Source: an uncultured delta proteobacterium (GTDB lineage: Bacteria > Desulfobacterota > Desulfobacteria > Desulfobacterales > B30-G6). Taken from it: a stretch of 64,000 nucleotides of DNA. The DNA is taken from the NCBI GenBank assembly GCA_963823335.1, contig CAWGLD010000003.1:128001-192000 (forward strand), given 5' to 3'. This document shows, piece by piece, positions 39,632-49,358 of this stretch. Position 1 is the first letter of the stretch. Each line of letters begins with the position of its first letter. Both the position numbers and the translations under genes were made by a program. The notes beneath the pieces are model-generated. The model made no database searches and was not told the origin of the DNA. It saw only the letters and a list, made by a program, of their open reading frames with translations.

Positions 39632-40065
39632 TAGAAAGCTCCCAGCTGGCAGGGCTTGACTTTTACACCCAGGGACTCGCAGGCGCTTGCGACATCGAGT
39701 TTTTTAATTCCCTGCTTCGATGCAATTTCCCAGCAGTGCTCACATGAGATACGGCTGTCTGTCAGTTCTGTTTCAATTGCGTTTTTGAGTTCCGGAGAGA
39801 CGCTGTCCGCTGGCGTGACGATGTTTTTTTGGGGCGAATATCCAAAGAGCCCCATCTGGCACTTGACAATACGAGCCTCCAGGAGGTCAATGGTCATACC
39901 GACATATGAGGGCGCTATCGAAAGATCTGCGGCAACGGCATGCGCCGCAGCACAGCTTATGTGATTTTCGGAAAGTTTTTGCCTGACCTGTTCCACAACG
40001 TTAGGGTCGGCTTGGGCTCCCTTGGAGTGTTTGGCTGCATAATGTCCTGCATCTTCATGGGTCAT
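39631..40065 (-). CDS. Hypothetical protein with an internally duplicated ISC...CQxGxF domain
   Basis: ISCAAAHAVA...KCQMGLF and ISCEHCWEIA...PCQLGAF; SD before ATG 40065. Confidence 0.75.
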   Translation of the reverse strand: MTHEDAGHYAAKHSKGAQADPNVVEQVRQKLSENHISCAAAHAVAADLSIAPSYVGMTIDLLEARIVKCQMGLFGYSPQKNIVTPADSVSPELKNAIETELTDSRISCEHCWEIASKQGIKKLDVASACESLGVKVKPCQLGAF

Positions 40066-40215
40066 GGTGTGCTCCCTTGATTTGGTTTTGTAATGCTTTT
40101 CAAGCGAAGGAGTTATCATTAGCATGTCTGCGGAAAATAAGCAATTTTTCCCAACTGCTTGGGAGAAGAATCTTAAAGATCATAACCGATCGTGTCGAAA
40201 TATTAACGGCTTTAC

Positions 40216-43200
40216 ATGAAACCATTTGATCTCATAAACAGTCCCCTTACCGGCACAAACTTGATTGAAGCCAGCGCCGGTACCGGGAAGACCTACACAA
40301 TTGCCGGTCTGTTTCTGCGTCTGTTGTTGGAAAAGCATCTGACGGTGGACCAGATCCTGGTGGTGACGTTCACAAAGGCAGCCACAGAAGAGTTGAAGGG
40401 TCGGATCCGAAATAAACTACTGGAGGCTCGCCGGGCATTTACAGTGGGCGCCAGTGGTGATACAGCCGTATCGGAGCTGGTTTCCAGGATGGATCATGCT
40501 GAAACAGCCCTGGAAAGGATACAGGATGCCCTGCGGGATTTCGACAGCACCGCAATTTTCACGATTCATGGATTCTGTCACCGGGTCCTGGCGGATCATA
40601 CCTTTGAAACCGGTGATCGATTCGATACGGAACTGATGACCGAGCCGACATCGATGCTCATGTCGGTGGCGGATGATTTCTGGCGGCGATATATTTACAA
40701 GGCAGACCCTGAATTACTCCAGTACGCCCTGAAAAAAATAAAGAAGCCTGAATATTTTTATGCACTCCTGCAGAAAGCCCGGTATCCCGGTATCTGGGTC
40801 ATTCCTGATCCGGATGAACCCGAAATAAGACATATGGAAGCGTTCAGAGAGCTGCTGGCTCAGCTTTGCGGGATGTGGCCGGATGTCAGGATGCAGATTC
40901 AGGAGATACTGAAAGATCCGTGTCTGAGCGGCGTCGTATACGGTGGTTTCAAGGAGGATAAAAAGTTTCCCGGTGCCACCGTCAGGGATATCAGGGTGTC
41001 GGCACTGGTAAAGCAGATGGATCGGTTTGTGGAAGAGCACAGCCCGGATTTACCGCTGGAGAAATGGTTCGAGCGGTTTACGGCGGACAAAGTCGAATCG
41101 TGTGTTAAAAAAGGACACGAACCCGTCCAGCATCCTTTGTTTTTAACATGCAAGGATTTAAAGGAGCATGCTGACGGTCTTTCCGCCGAGATGGATGCCT
41201 ATCTTGTCTATCTGAAGTCCGAGTGTCTCAAATTTGGTAAAAAAGAGCTCCTGAAAAGAAAAAAAAGCCAGAATGTCCAGTTTTTCGACGATCTTTTGTT
41301 GATGGTGCGACAGGCTCTCATGGAAGAGCAGGGCAATCTGTTGGCAGCCAAGATTCGTCACCGATACCGCGCAGCACTTGTGGACGAGTTTCAGGACACC
41401 GATCTGGTTCAATATGAAATATTCACGCGTATTTTCTCGAAAAAAGAGCGCCCGCTGTTCATGATCGGAGATCCCAAACAAGCCATTTACAGCTTTCGTG
41501 GCGCTGATGTCTTTTCATACATGAAAGCTTCGGCTCATGCAGAAAACAGGTACACGCTGTTTCAGAATTATCGTTCAACGCCCGCCATGATAACGGCCGT
41601 AAATACCCTGTTTTCAAATATGATCCAACCGTTCATATTTGAAGAAATTCCTTTTGAGAAAGGACAGCCCGGGAACGAACCGGCAGTTGGCACCATCACC
41701 AGTGGGGCGCCTTTGCGTATCTGGTTCCTGTCACCACAGGAGGGACGCAGCATGACGGTTCAGGACGCCACTCACGTTATCGTCCATGGTGTTACCGGAG
41801 AAATTGCACGCTTGATTGCGGACCCTCCAGGGAAGGTCAAACCAGGTGATGTCGCCGTTCTGGTCCGCACCAACAAACAGGCTGTTCTGGTAAAAGAGTC
41901 GCTGTCCGGTGCCATGATACCCGCTGTCGTCTATAGCGCAGGAAATGTCATGGATGCATCGGAATCCCACGAACTTGGGCAGATACTGCTGGGTATTTTG
42001 AATCCCGCAAAAGAGGGTGCCCTCAAAGCGGCCTTGTCCACGGATATACTGGGTGTTACGGCGGCGGCCCTCGACCCCGTGCAAATGGAGGATGGCTGGT
42101 GGGAGAACCGCATCGAAGCTTTCATGGGCTATCATCGTCTCTGGCATGACAGCGGTTTTATGCCAATGTTCAGGAATTTCATGAACACAGAGGGCATAAG
42201 GAAACGCCTGCTTTCGCTTCCCAATGGTGAGCGACGCCTGACCAACGTTTTGCACCTTTCAGAAATTCTTCACACGGCCTCAATGGAGAAAAAACTAGCC
42301 ATGACCGGACTTCTGAAATGGTATTTTGTCCAGAAAGACCCGGATACACCCAGGCAGGAGATCCACCAGCTTCGCTTGGAAAGCGATGAGAATGCCGTTA
42401 AGGTCATTACCATCCACAAGAGCAAAGGCTTGGAATTTCCCATTGTTTTCTGCCCTTTTGGATGGGGGAAGTCCCGGGTATCCGGAGAAGATTTTACCTT
42501 TCACGACATGGATGCAGACAGACGTATCACCCTCGACCTGGGATCCAGGCAAATGGAAGACCACCGTGTCATGGCGCAGAATGAACTGCTGGCCGAGAAC
42601 CTGAGGCTCCTCTATGTGGCTGTCACACGGGCCATCGAACGATGTTATCTCGTATGGCCGAGGATCCGGTATACAGAGACCTCTGCCCTGGCCTATCTGT
42701 TGCATGGCCTTGGTCCGGAATCTTCCCCTGACAGGTCGAAAAATCTGATCGTTACCTTGCGAGACACCCTGTCCGCTATGGATTCGGAAACATTCCTGAA
42801 AGACTTGCATTGCCTGGAAATAGATTCTGAAGGGTGCATCGCGGTGTCACCGGTGCCTGTCATTGAGATTCCGTCCGTGACCCAGTCCATCCCGGACAAA
42901 AAAAAGCTCGAGAAGAGAACCTTTTCCCGCAGCATCGACAGAAGGTGGCGGGTGTCAAGCTATTCGTCACTCGTTTCAGGTCGAGCCCCGGATCACGAGT
43001 TGCCGGACAGAGATGAATTGTCCGGGCTTCAGGACCCTGACGGAGCACAGGATGTTGAAGGGGTCCCGGGCGATACTGGACCGGCAGGGCATCCTAGCAT
43101 GTTTTCGTTTCCCAAAGGAGCTGCCAGCGGCATTTTTTTTCACGACATCCTGGAACATCTTGATTTTAGCAATCAGGATCTGACATACCGTCGGGGTTTG

Positions 43201-43842
43201 GTCTTGTCGAAACTGTCTGCTTATGGTTTTGATCCATCCTGGCTGGATGTGGTTGTCCGGATGATTGAAAATATTTCAAGTGTAAATCTGTCCCAGGATA
43301 CGGCTGCGTTTTGCTTGTCCGAAGTCGACAATGCCCAGCGGATCAACGAGATGGCATTCTATTTCCCATTGAGAAATCTGTCGCGTACAATTCTCAGACG
43401 GATTTTCGATGATTTCTCGAAACAGGGCGTCTTAAAGGGATTTTCAGAAAAAATGGAGCGTCTGACATTCTCTCCGCTCAAGGGATTGATGAAGGGATAC
43501 CTGGATGTTCTGTTCCAGCACGGGGGCCGATATTTTGTCGTGGACTGGAAATCGAATTTTCTGGGGGCGGCATTGGAAAACTATCAAAAAGACCTGCTGA
43601 ATACCCAGATGCAGAAGGCTTTTTATGTACTTCAATATCATTTGTATGTACTGGCAACCCATCTGCATTTGAAGATGAAGCTGCCGGGGTATGTGTATGA
43701 AAGAGATTTCGGGGGGGCTTTTTACATGTTTCTGCGGGGTGTCGATGCCGCAAGAGGGCCTGGATATGGTATTTTCGAAGATCGCCCGGATATTCGTCTG
43801 GTGGATGCCTTGGGAAAGGCGCTGATTCCCAACTACGAATAA
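40216..43842 (+). CDS. recB: Exodeoxyribonuclease V beta subunit
   Basis: EASAGTGKT, VDEFQDTD, GDPKQAIYSFRGAD, TIHKSKGLE, YVAVTRA, nuclease GYLD..DWKSN..QY. Confidence 0.95.
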   Translation: MKPFDLINSPLTGTNLIEASAGTGKTYTIAGLFLRLLLEKHLTVDQILVVTFTKAATEELKGRIRNKLLEARRAFTVGASGDTAVSELVSRMDHAETALERIQDALRDFDSTAIFTIHGFCHRVLADHTFETGDRFDTELMTEPTSMLMSVADDFWRRYIYKADPELLQYALKKIKKPEYFYALLQKARYPGIWVIPDPDEPEIRHMEAFRELLAQLCGMWPDVRMQIQEILKDPCLSGVVYGGFKEDKKFPGATVRDIRVSALVKQMDRFVEEHSPDLPLEKWFERFTADKVESCVKKGHEPVQHPLFLTCKDLKEHADGLSAEMDAYLVYLKSECLKFGKKELLKRKKSQNVQFFDDLLLMVRQALMEEQGNLLAAKIRHRYRAALVDEFQDTDLVQYEIFTRIFSKKERPLFMIGDPKQAIYSFRGADVFSYMKASAHAENRYTLFQNYRSTPAMITAVNTLFSNMIQPFIFEEIPFEKGQPGNEPAVGTITSGAPLRIWFLSPQEGRSMTVQDATHVIVHGVTGEIARLIADPPGKVKPGDVAVLVRTNKQAVLVKESLSGAMIPAVVYSAGNVMDASESHELGQILLGILNPAKEGALKAALSTDILGVTAAALDPVQMEDGWWENRIEAFMGYHRLWHDSGFMPMFRNFMNTEGIRKRLLSLPNGERRLTNVLHLSEILHTASMEKKLAMTGLLKWYFVQKDPDTPRQEIHQLRLESDENAVKVITIHKSKGLEFPIVFCPFGWGKSRVSGEDFTFHDMDADRRITLDLGSRQMEDHRVMAQNELLAENLRLLYVAVTRAIERCYLVWPRIRYTETSALAYLLHGLGPESSPDRSKNLIVTLRDTLSAMDSETFLKDLHCLEIDSEGCIAVSPVPVIEIPSVTQSIPDKKKLEKRTFSRSIDRRWRVSSYSSLVSGRAPDHELPDRDELSGLQDPDGAQDVEGVPGDTGPAGHPSMFSFPKGAASGIFFHDILEHLDFSNQDLTYRRGLVLSKLSAYGFDPSWLDVVVRMIENISSVNLSQDTAAFCLSEVDNAQRINEMAFYFPLRNLSRTILRRIFDDFSKQGVLKGFSEKMERLTFSPLKGLMKGYLDVLFQHGGRYFVVDWKSNFLGAALENYQKDLLNTQMQKAFYVLQYHLYVLATHLHLKMKLPGYVYERDFGGAFYMFLRGVDAARGPGYGIFEDRPDIRLVDALGKALIPNYE

Positions 43843-43881
43843 AATCGTAGGAACGATTTTATCGAACGCGACGTTGTCGCT
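43839..43881 (-). repeat. Two-hairpin dispersed motif, copy 5 (contains the recB stop codon)
   Basis: Reverse complement nearly identical to the 38895 copy. Confidence 0.75.
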
Positions 43882-43914
43882 TCTATCGCAAAGGGTTAAT
43901 CCTAAAACAATCAT

Positions 43915-44226
43915 AGAAGAATGGAAAAATGGAATGAGTGCGGAGAAAGGCATCGGTTGATATAGAACTCAACCTGAACCGCAAACCGGAAAAAAAGATT
44001 TTTTATCACGAAATCACGAAAGGACGAAACCACGAAAAGGACCATGAACCGCAATTCCAAAACAGACAGAATTCCTTACGGTCGTTGCGAAGCACTGCCG
44101 CATGGCAGAGCATTCTTCGGAGCCTGCTGCGAGGGCCTTTAAAAATTATCGTGTTTTCTATATTTCGTGTTTATGTGATTGCTGTTCTATTCAATTTTCC
44201 AGTGTTCCAGCATTCCAATATTCCAT
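43915..44226. repeat. Nested short-period repeats and palindromic element
   Basis: AATGGAA/TTCCA arms enclose TCACGAAA/TTTCGTG arms, which enclose a GAACCGCAA element (44046-44142). Confidence 0.7.
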
Positions 44227-44336
44227 CAATAGACTATAGGTCATAGGCTGCTTATCGCTTATTGCTTACAGCTTGTGGTTAGGATTCTCTGAAAAACAAC
44301 CAGGAAAGAATTAGGAAAAACAGTCTGGGCCAAAAC

Positions 44337-46196
44337 ATGGACATCCTCGATAACATAGATCAAAACGACTATTTCTCATCCATCGATCGTCATTTCGCAC
44401 GCTTCATGACAGAGCTTTCTCCACAAAAAGACCCTGTCATCGGGCTGTCGGCGGCGCTGGTCAGCCGCAACAACCGCGAGGGGGATGTCTGCATCGACCT
44501 GGCCTCTTTTTCCGGATCGATTATCGGTTCGGAAAAACAGGGGCAACATACGCTCACATGCCCGGATCTGTCGACATGGCAGGAGCACCTGAGAAAAAGT
44601 GATCTGGTGGGAAAGCCCGGCGAGTACTATCCATTGATCCGGGACGATGTAGACCGGCTTTATCTCTACCGTTACTGGGAATATGAGAAAAAACTGATCG
44701 ATCTCATACGTTCGAGAGCCCATGACGATGCAGGGGAAGTAGACCTCGAAAAACTTAGACAGCATCTGGGCACTTATTTCCCGGAAACCGGAAAACCCGG
44801 TCTGGACTGGCAAAAACTGGCCGCAGCCGTTGTGGTGTTGAAGCGGTTTTGTGTTATTTCAGGTGGGCCCGGTACTGGAAAAACCTATGCCATTGCCCGG
44901 ATTCTGGCAACACTGATCGAACAGCACCATCCCGATGTGTTGCGGATATACCTGACAGCCCCCACCGGCAAAGCCGCTGCCAGGCTGGCGGAATCCATCG
45001 GAAACGCCAAGAAGGCCTTGAGCTGTGATCCCAGGACCCTTGAGGCCATACCCGATGTCAGCTCCACCATTCATCGCATGCTCAAGTCTGTAAAAGGCTC
45101 CCCGTATTTTTATCACAACATTGAAAACCCCTTACCGGCAGATGTGGTGGTGGTGGATGAAGCTTCCATGGTGGATCTTCCGCTCATGTCCAAGCTGATC
45201 CAGGCACTACCGGATACATCGAAACTGATTCTCATCGGTGATAGACATCAGCTCGCTTCTGTCCAGGCCGGATCGGTTCTGGGTGACATCTGCGGGGACA
45301 AAATCGACAACGGTATATCCGGGGCATTTGCCCGGACCCTGGCAGCGGTGATGAATTGCCATCCAGGACAACTGATACGTTCCCCCAGGAGTAAAACAGA
45401 CATCCAGGACAGCCTGGTCTATTTCACCAGGAGTTACCGTTTTGAGAAAGAAAGCGGTATCCATGTACTCAGTCGGGCCGTTAATGAAGGTGCCGTGGAT
45501 GATGCCCTGGACATCCTCGGGCAGGGTCGTTACCCGGAGGTTCGCTGGTACCCGCTTTCAAGCCATATGGAACACCATGATCTTTTGTCCAAAATCATTC
45601 ACGAACACTATGACAGACTGTGCAATCTAAATGATCCCCAGGAGGCTCTCGACGAACTGAATCGCTTCAGGATATTGTGTGCCGTCAACCAGGGGAGCCT
45701 GGGTGTCGACATCCTAAATGCCAAAGCAGCAGCAGTTCGGACCACCCAAGAGAAAAACCGGGTTGGAGAAGGATTCAGCCTGGAATGGTATCATGGCCGC
45801 CCCGTTCTGATTACAGAAAATAACCACAGCCTGGGTCTTTACAATGGGGATGTGGGGATTGCCATGGTCCAGGAAACGGCCAGGGATAAAGCATGTCACG
45901 TCTATTTCCAGGGCGGCCCAGCAGGGACGCTGCAACGATTTTCGCCATCCCGTCTTCCCCGGCACCAGGATGTGTATGCCATGACAATCCATAAAAGCCA
46001 GGGATCCGAATTTGAAGGAGTGCTGCTGGTTCTGCCGGAAAAGGAGAGCCCATTGTTGACCAGGGAGTTACTTTATACCGGTATTACCCGGGCCAAGCGA
46101 AACCTGTCGATTTTAGCTTCCGAATCTGTTATAAGGTACGCCATATCAAGACGGATCGTACGGGCATCCGGTTTGCGGGACGCCCTTTGGAGTTAG
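44337..46196 (+). CDS. recD: Exodeoxyribonuclease V alpha subunit
   Basis: GGPGTGKT, APTGKAAARL, TIHR, VDEASM, GDRHQL, YAMTIHKSQGSEF, LYTGITRA. Confidence 0.95.
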   Translation: MDILDNIDQNDYFSSIDRHFARFMTELSPQKDPVIGLSAALVSRNNREGDVCIDLASFSGSIIGSEKQGQHTLTCPDLSTWQEHLRKSDLVGKPGEYYPLIRDDVDRLYLYRYWEYEKKLIDLIRSRAHDDAGEVDLEKLRQHLGTYFPETGKPGLDWQKLAAAVVVLKRFCVISGGPGTGKTYAIARILATLIEQHHPDVLRIYLTAPTGKAAARLAESIGNAKKALSCDPRTLEAIPDVSSTIHRMLKSVKGSPYFYHNIENPLPADVVVVDEASMVDLPLMSKLIQALPDTSKLILIGDRHQLASVQAGSVLGDICGDKIDNGISGAFARTLAAVMNCHPGQLIRSPRSKTDIQDSLVYFTRSYRFEKESGIHVLSRAVNEGAVDDALDILGQGRYPEVRWYPLSSHMEHHDLLSKIIHEHYDRLCNLNDPQEALDELNRFRILCAVNQGSLGVDILNAKAAAVRTTQEKNRVGEGFSLEWYHGRPVLITENNHSLGLYNGDVGIAMVQETARDKACHVYFQGGPAGTLQRFSPSRLPRHQDVYAMTIHKSQGSEFEGVLLVLPEKESPLLTRELLYTGITRAKRNLSILASESVIRYAISRRIVRASGLRDALWS

Positions 46197-46381
46197 CTGG
46201 TTTATTGAGTTTGTTGTGTTTATTGAGTTGATTATCGTTCATTGTTGATGGTTCTATTAAAAATCAATGAGAAAAATAATAACCACGATATAAAATATTT
46301 GTCTCTGTCGTGAAGAGCAACCCAACGAACCCAATAAACTCAAAGAACTCAACAAACAAACACTTCGGAGAAGTGAGAGAT

Positions 46382-47395
46382 ATGCGAAAAACGATTATCA
46401 AGGGTACGGGCAGATATGTTCCGGAGCGGCTGATCACCAATGATGATCTGACGCAGTGGATGGAAACGTCGGATGAATGGATCGAGCAGCGCACGGGAAT
46501 CAAACAGCGTTACTGGATCCCGGAAGAGGGTAATGTGGGCGCATCCGACCTGGGGCTTGAAGCCTCCAAGATAGCGCTGGAAAAAGCCGGGTGGCTCCCG
46601 GAAGATATCGACATGATCATTTTCGCCACGTTGAGCCCGGATGCTTTTTTCCCTGGTTCCGGGTGTTTTCTTCAGCACAAACTGGGTCTCAGAGACACGC
46701 CGGCCCTCGACATCCGGCAGCAGTGCACCGGTTTTCTCTACGGGCTTGTAACCGCAGACGCCTACATCCGCAGCGGCCTCTACAATCGTGTGCTCCTGGT
46801 GGGCGGAGAAGTCCACAGTACGGGTATCGACATTTCCACCCGCGGCAGGGATGTGGCCGTGATCTTCGGGGACGGGGCTGCCGCGGTCTGCATCGAGGCG
46901 GTGGAGACCGATGAGAATGTCGGGGTTCTGGCATCGTCTCTGCACGCCCAGGGGGAATTTGCAGAAAGTCTTTGGGTGGAAGCCCCTGCATCGCGAAAGA
47001 TGCCCCGTATCGACGCAAAGATGCTGGCAGAGAACCGTCATTATCCCTACATGGACGGCAAGAACATCTTCAAGATGGCCGTGAAAAAACTGCCCGAAGT
47101 TACCATGAAGGTGTTGAAGCAGTCCGGTCTGACCATCGAGGACATCGATCTGATCATACCACATCAGGCCAATCTGCGTATCAATCAGTTTTACCAGCAA
47201 TCCATGAAGTTACCCGAAGGCAAGGTCTACAACAATATCCACAAGTACGGCAATACCACGGCAGCCTCCATACCCCTGGCCATGGACGAGGCCCTGGAAA
47301 AAGGCATCATCGATGCTTCCAGTACCCTGCTTTTCCTGGGGCTGGGATCCGGGGTCACCTGGGGGGCTTGTATATATAGAGGGTTGGAGGGTTAA
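46382..47395 (+). CDS. fabH: Beta-ketoacyl-ACP synthase III
   Basis: TSDEWIEQRTGI, QQCTGF, FGDGA, PHQAN, YGNT; the upstream extension in the ORF track is repeat DNA. Confidence 0.92.
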   Translation: MRKTIIKGTGRYVPERLITNDDLTQWMETSDEWIEQRTGIKQRYWIPEEGNVGASDLGLEASKIALEKAGWLPEDIDMIIFATLSPDAFFPGSGCFLQHKLGLRDTPALDIRQQCTGFLYGLVTADAYIRSGLYNRVLLVGGEVHSTGIDISTRGRDVAVIFGDGAAAVCIEAVETDENVGVLASSLHAQGEFAESLWVEAPASRKMPRIDAKMLAENRHYPYMDGKNIFKMAVKKLPEVTMKVLKQSGLTIEDIDLIIPHQANLRINQFYQQSMKLPEGKVYNNIHKYGNTTAASIPLAMDEALEKGIIDASSTLLFLGLGSGVTWGACIYRGLEG

Positions 47396-47584
47396 GGGGT
47401 GGAGGGGTGGAGGGTAAGTTCTGCACCGTCTTGAGCTTATGGCTATGGGCCGATAGCAACTTCCAAGCCTCTTGGCATTCTGGCCTCCCAGCAAATAAAA
47501 TCGATTCACGAGATTCGCATTACAAAAAAAACAAAGATTAACGAGATTTTAAAAAGGTCAATTAATCAAACAAGGAGAAGACGC

Positions 47585-48010
47585 ATGCAGAAATGGTTTA
47601 AGATCTTAATTTTACCTTTTTTAGTGTTGTTTTTATTGGCCGGAACCGCGCTGGCTGACAATATTACGATTTAGAGTGATGTTGGACTGGAAGATGTGCT
47701 GAATTACAACGATCCCTGGTCTAACCCATGGCGATATAATGCTGGTATAGGTGATGGTGAGCTAATTAGTAATGCAAGTGGAACCTTTCAGGTTTTGACC
47801 AATACGCTTGGATATAATTACTACGCAACCGGATTTGATCTTTCATTTTTAGGCGTAAATCAGGAATTCATCGCCCATTTTACAATGGGATGTGGAAATG
47901 ACAACCTGATGGGCAGGGGCTCTGTCCCTGAGCCGTCAACCATGTTCTTGATAGGAACCGGTTTTTTTGGGTTGGCGGCAGTTAGCAGGAAAAAACTATT
48001 CAAGAAATAA
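47585..48010 (+). pseudogene. PEP-CTERM surface protein, interrupted by an in-frame TAG
   Basis: SD AAGGAG, signal peptide MQKW...ALA-DNITI, TAG 47672-47674, same frame continues to VPEPSTMFLIGTG...RKK. Confidence 0.8.
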
Positions 48011-48058
48011 AATCGTGTAAGAAAACAGTCTGAAACGTGACACATGTCACTCCTTTTG

Positions 48059-48092
48059 CTGCCCGTCCATGGGGGACGGGCAGTTTTATTTT
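48059..48092 (+). terminator. Rho-independent terminator
   Basis: CTGCCCGTCC-loop-GGACGGGCAG followed by TTTTATTTT. Confidence 0.8.
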
Positions 48093-48161
48093 GACAACAT
48101 CCCTTCCAGCAGTTACCTTTCTGAACGATTAATTTTTCATAAAACCTTGAAATATCAAGCG

Positions 48162-48286
48162 CAATGTCGTTAACTTAATGCTGTAGCGCAGAGCTTCAGC
48201 TCTGCTTAATGCCTGTCTTGGCAGGGCTAAAGCCCTGCGCTACGCTTGTAATTTAGTGCGCATTCTGTTTTAAGTTAACGACAATG
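48162..48286. mobile_element. MITE enclosing a GTAG-family REP doublet (REPIN-like)
   Basis: Terminal inverted repeats TGTCGTTAACTTAA / TTAAGTTAACGACA; inside GTAGCGCAGAGCTTCAGCTCTGC ... GCAGGGCTAAAGCCCTGCGCTAC. Confidence 0.8.
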
Positions 48287-48436
48287 ACTTTATTCCTTCG
48301 GACTCATGGAACCTTGACCTCCTAGAATGCTATGAGGCTGTTTTCAGTTCGCCGTAGAAACCCACGTCTGTTTCTTCATATTTCGGTTCAACATTCGATG
48401 TTGGGCGTTCGATGTTCGATGTTCAATCGTTAACCC

Positions 48437-49288
48437 GTGGCCCTTGAAAGACTCCATATGCACTCTTTATTGAACGATCCTGCCGAACTCCAAACACACA
48501 TCCAGCAGGTCACCGGCGAACTCATGCTTCAGGAACCGATCTATCCAGAGCACATCGACGGTATCACGCATGCCTCGGCAGTGATGTTTCTCCTGGGACT
48601 CATTCCGGGTGACAACGGGCAGGCTCCCGAGCCCAGTCTTATATTGAACAAGCGATCCCAGGCGGTCAATCAGGCGGGTGATCTGTGCTGTCCGGGTGGC
48701 GGCATCTCCCCTGGTGTGGACGGCTTTCTGGCCAGGACCATGGTTTTACCGGGTCTTCCCATGTGGCGCTGGCCTTTCTGGTCGGCTATGCGCTCCCAGC
48801 GATCCAAGGAAGCTGAGATACTGCGGGTGCTCTTTTTCACCAGCCTGCGCGAAGGTTTCGAAGAGATGCGGCTGAATCCATTCGGTGTCCGTTTCCTGGG
48901 ACCCCTGCCGATCCAGCGACTGGTCATGTTCGGGCGGGTCATCTATCCCATGGTGGGCTGGGTGTCCAGACAGCAACATTTCCGACTGAACTGGGAGGTG
49001 GAAAAGATTGTTTCGATACCCCTGAAAAAATTGCTCGAACCCGACAACTATGTCCAGTATCGACTCGAGATGAAAAACCCCAATGCCGACAACGGCACTC
49101 AGCAGGTCTATGATGCCCCGAGCTTTCTTTACAAAAGCGGTCTGGAAAGCGAGGTGCTCTGGGGCGCTACCTGCCGGATCACGCTGAAATTTCTCGAACT
49201 CATATTCGGGTTTGAAGTGCCGACAGACGGGTCGCTGCCTGTTCTAAAGGGTATCATGGATGAAACATACCTGAACCCAAAAGCTTAA
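48437..49288 (+). CDS. Nudix hydrolase, CoA pyrophosphatase-like, with an insertion in the Nudix box
   Basis: LNKRS...GDLCCPGG...SLREGFEEM, IYPMVG, LWGAT. Confidence 0.75.
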   Translation: MALERLHMHSLLNDPAELQTHIQQVTGELMLQEPIYPEHIDGITHASAVMFLLGLIPGDNGQAPEPSLILNKRSQAVNQAGDLCCPGGGISPGVDGFLARTMVLPGLPMWRWPFWSAMRSQRSKEAEILRVLFFTSLREGFEEMRLNPFGVRFLGPLPIQRLVMFGRVIYPMVGWVSRQQHFRLNWEVEKIVSIPLKKLLEPDNYVQYRLEMKNPNADNGTQQVYDAPSFLYKSGLESEVLWGATCRITLKFLELIFGFEVPTDGSLPVLKGIMDETYLNPKA

Positions 49289-49358
49289 AAAAGATGAACG
49301 TCCAACATCGAACGCTGAACATCGAACATCGAACTTGAGGTAAGCTAGGAAAGAGAGC

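Noticed and set aside
43938-44246. 102-aa ORF (likewise 3589-3801, 5745-5996, 16907-17218, 38696-39100, 55747-55998, 61727-62068)
   Set aside because: These are translations of repeat elements or antisense shadows with no protein-like features.
35275-46196. Helicase/nuclease defence system
   Set aside because: All three genes are canonical RecC, RecB and RecD.
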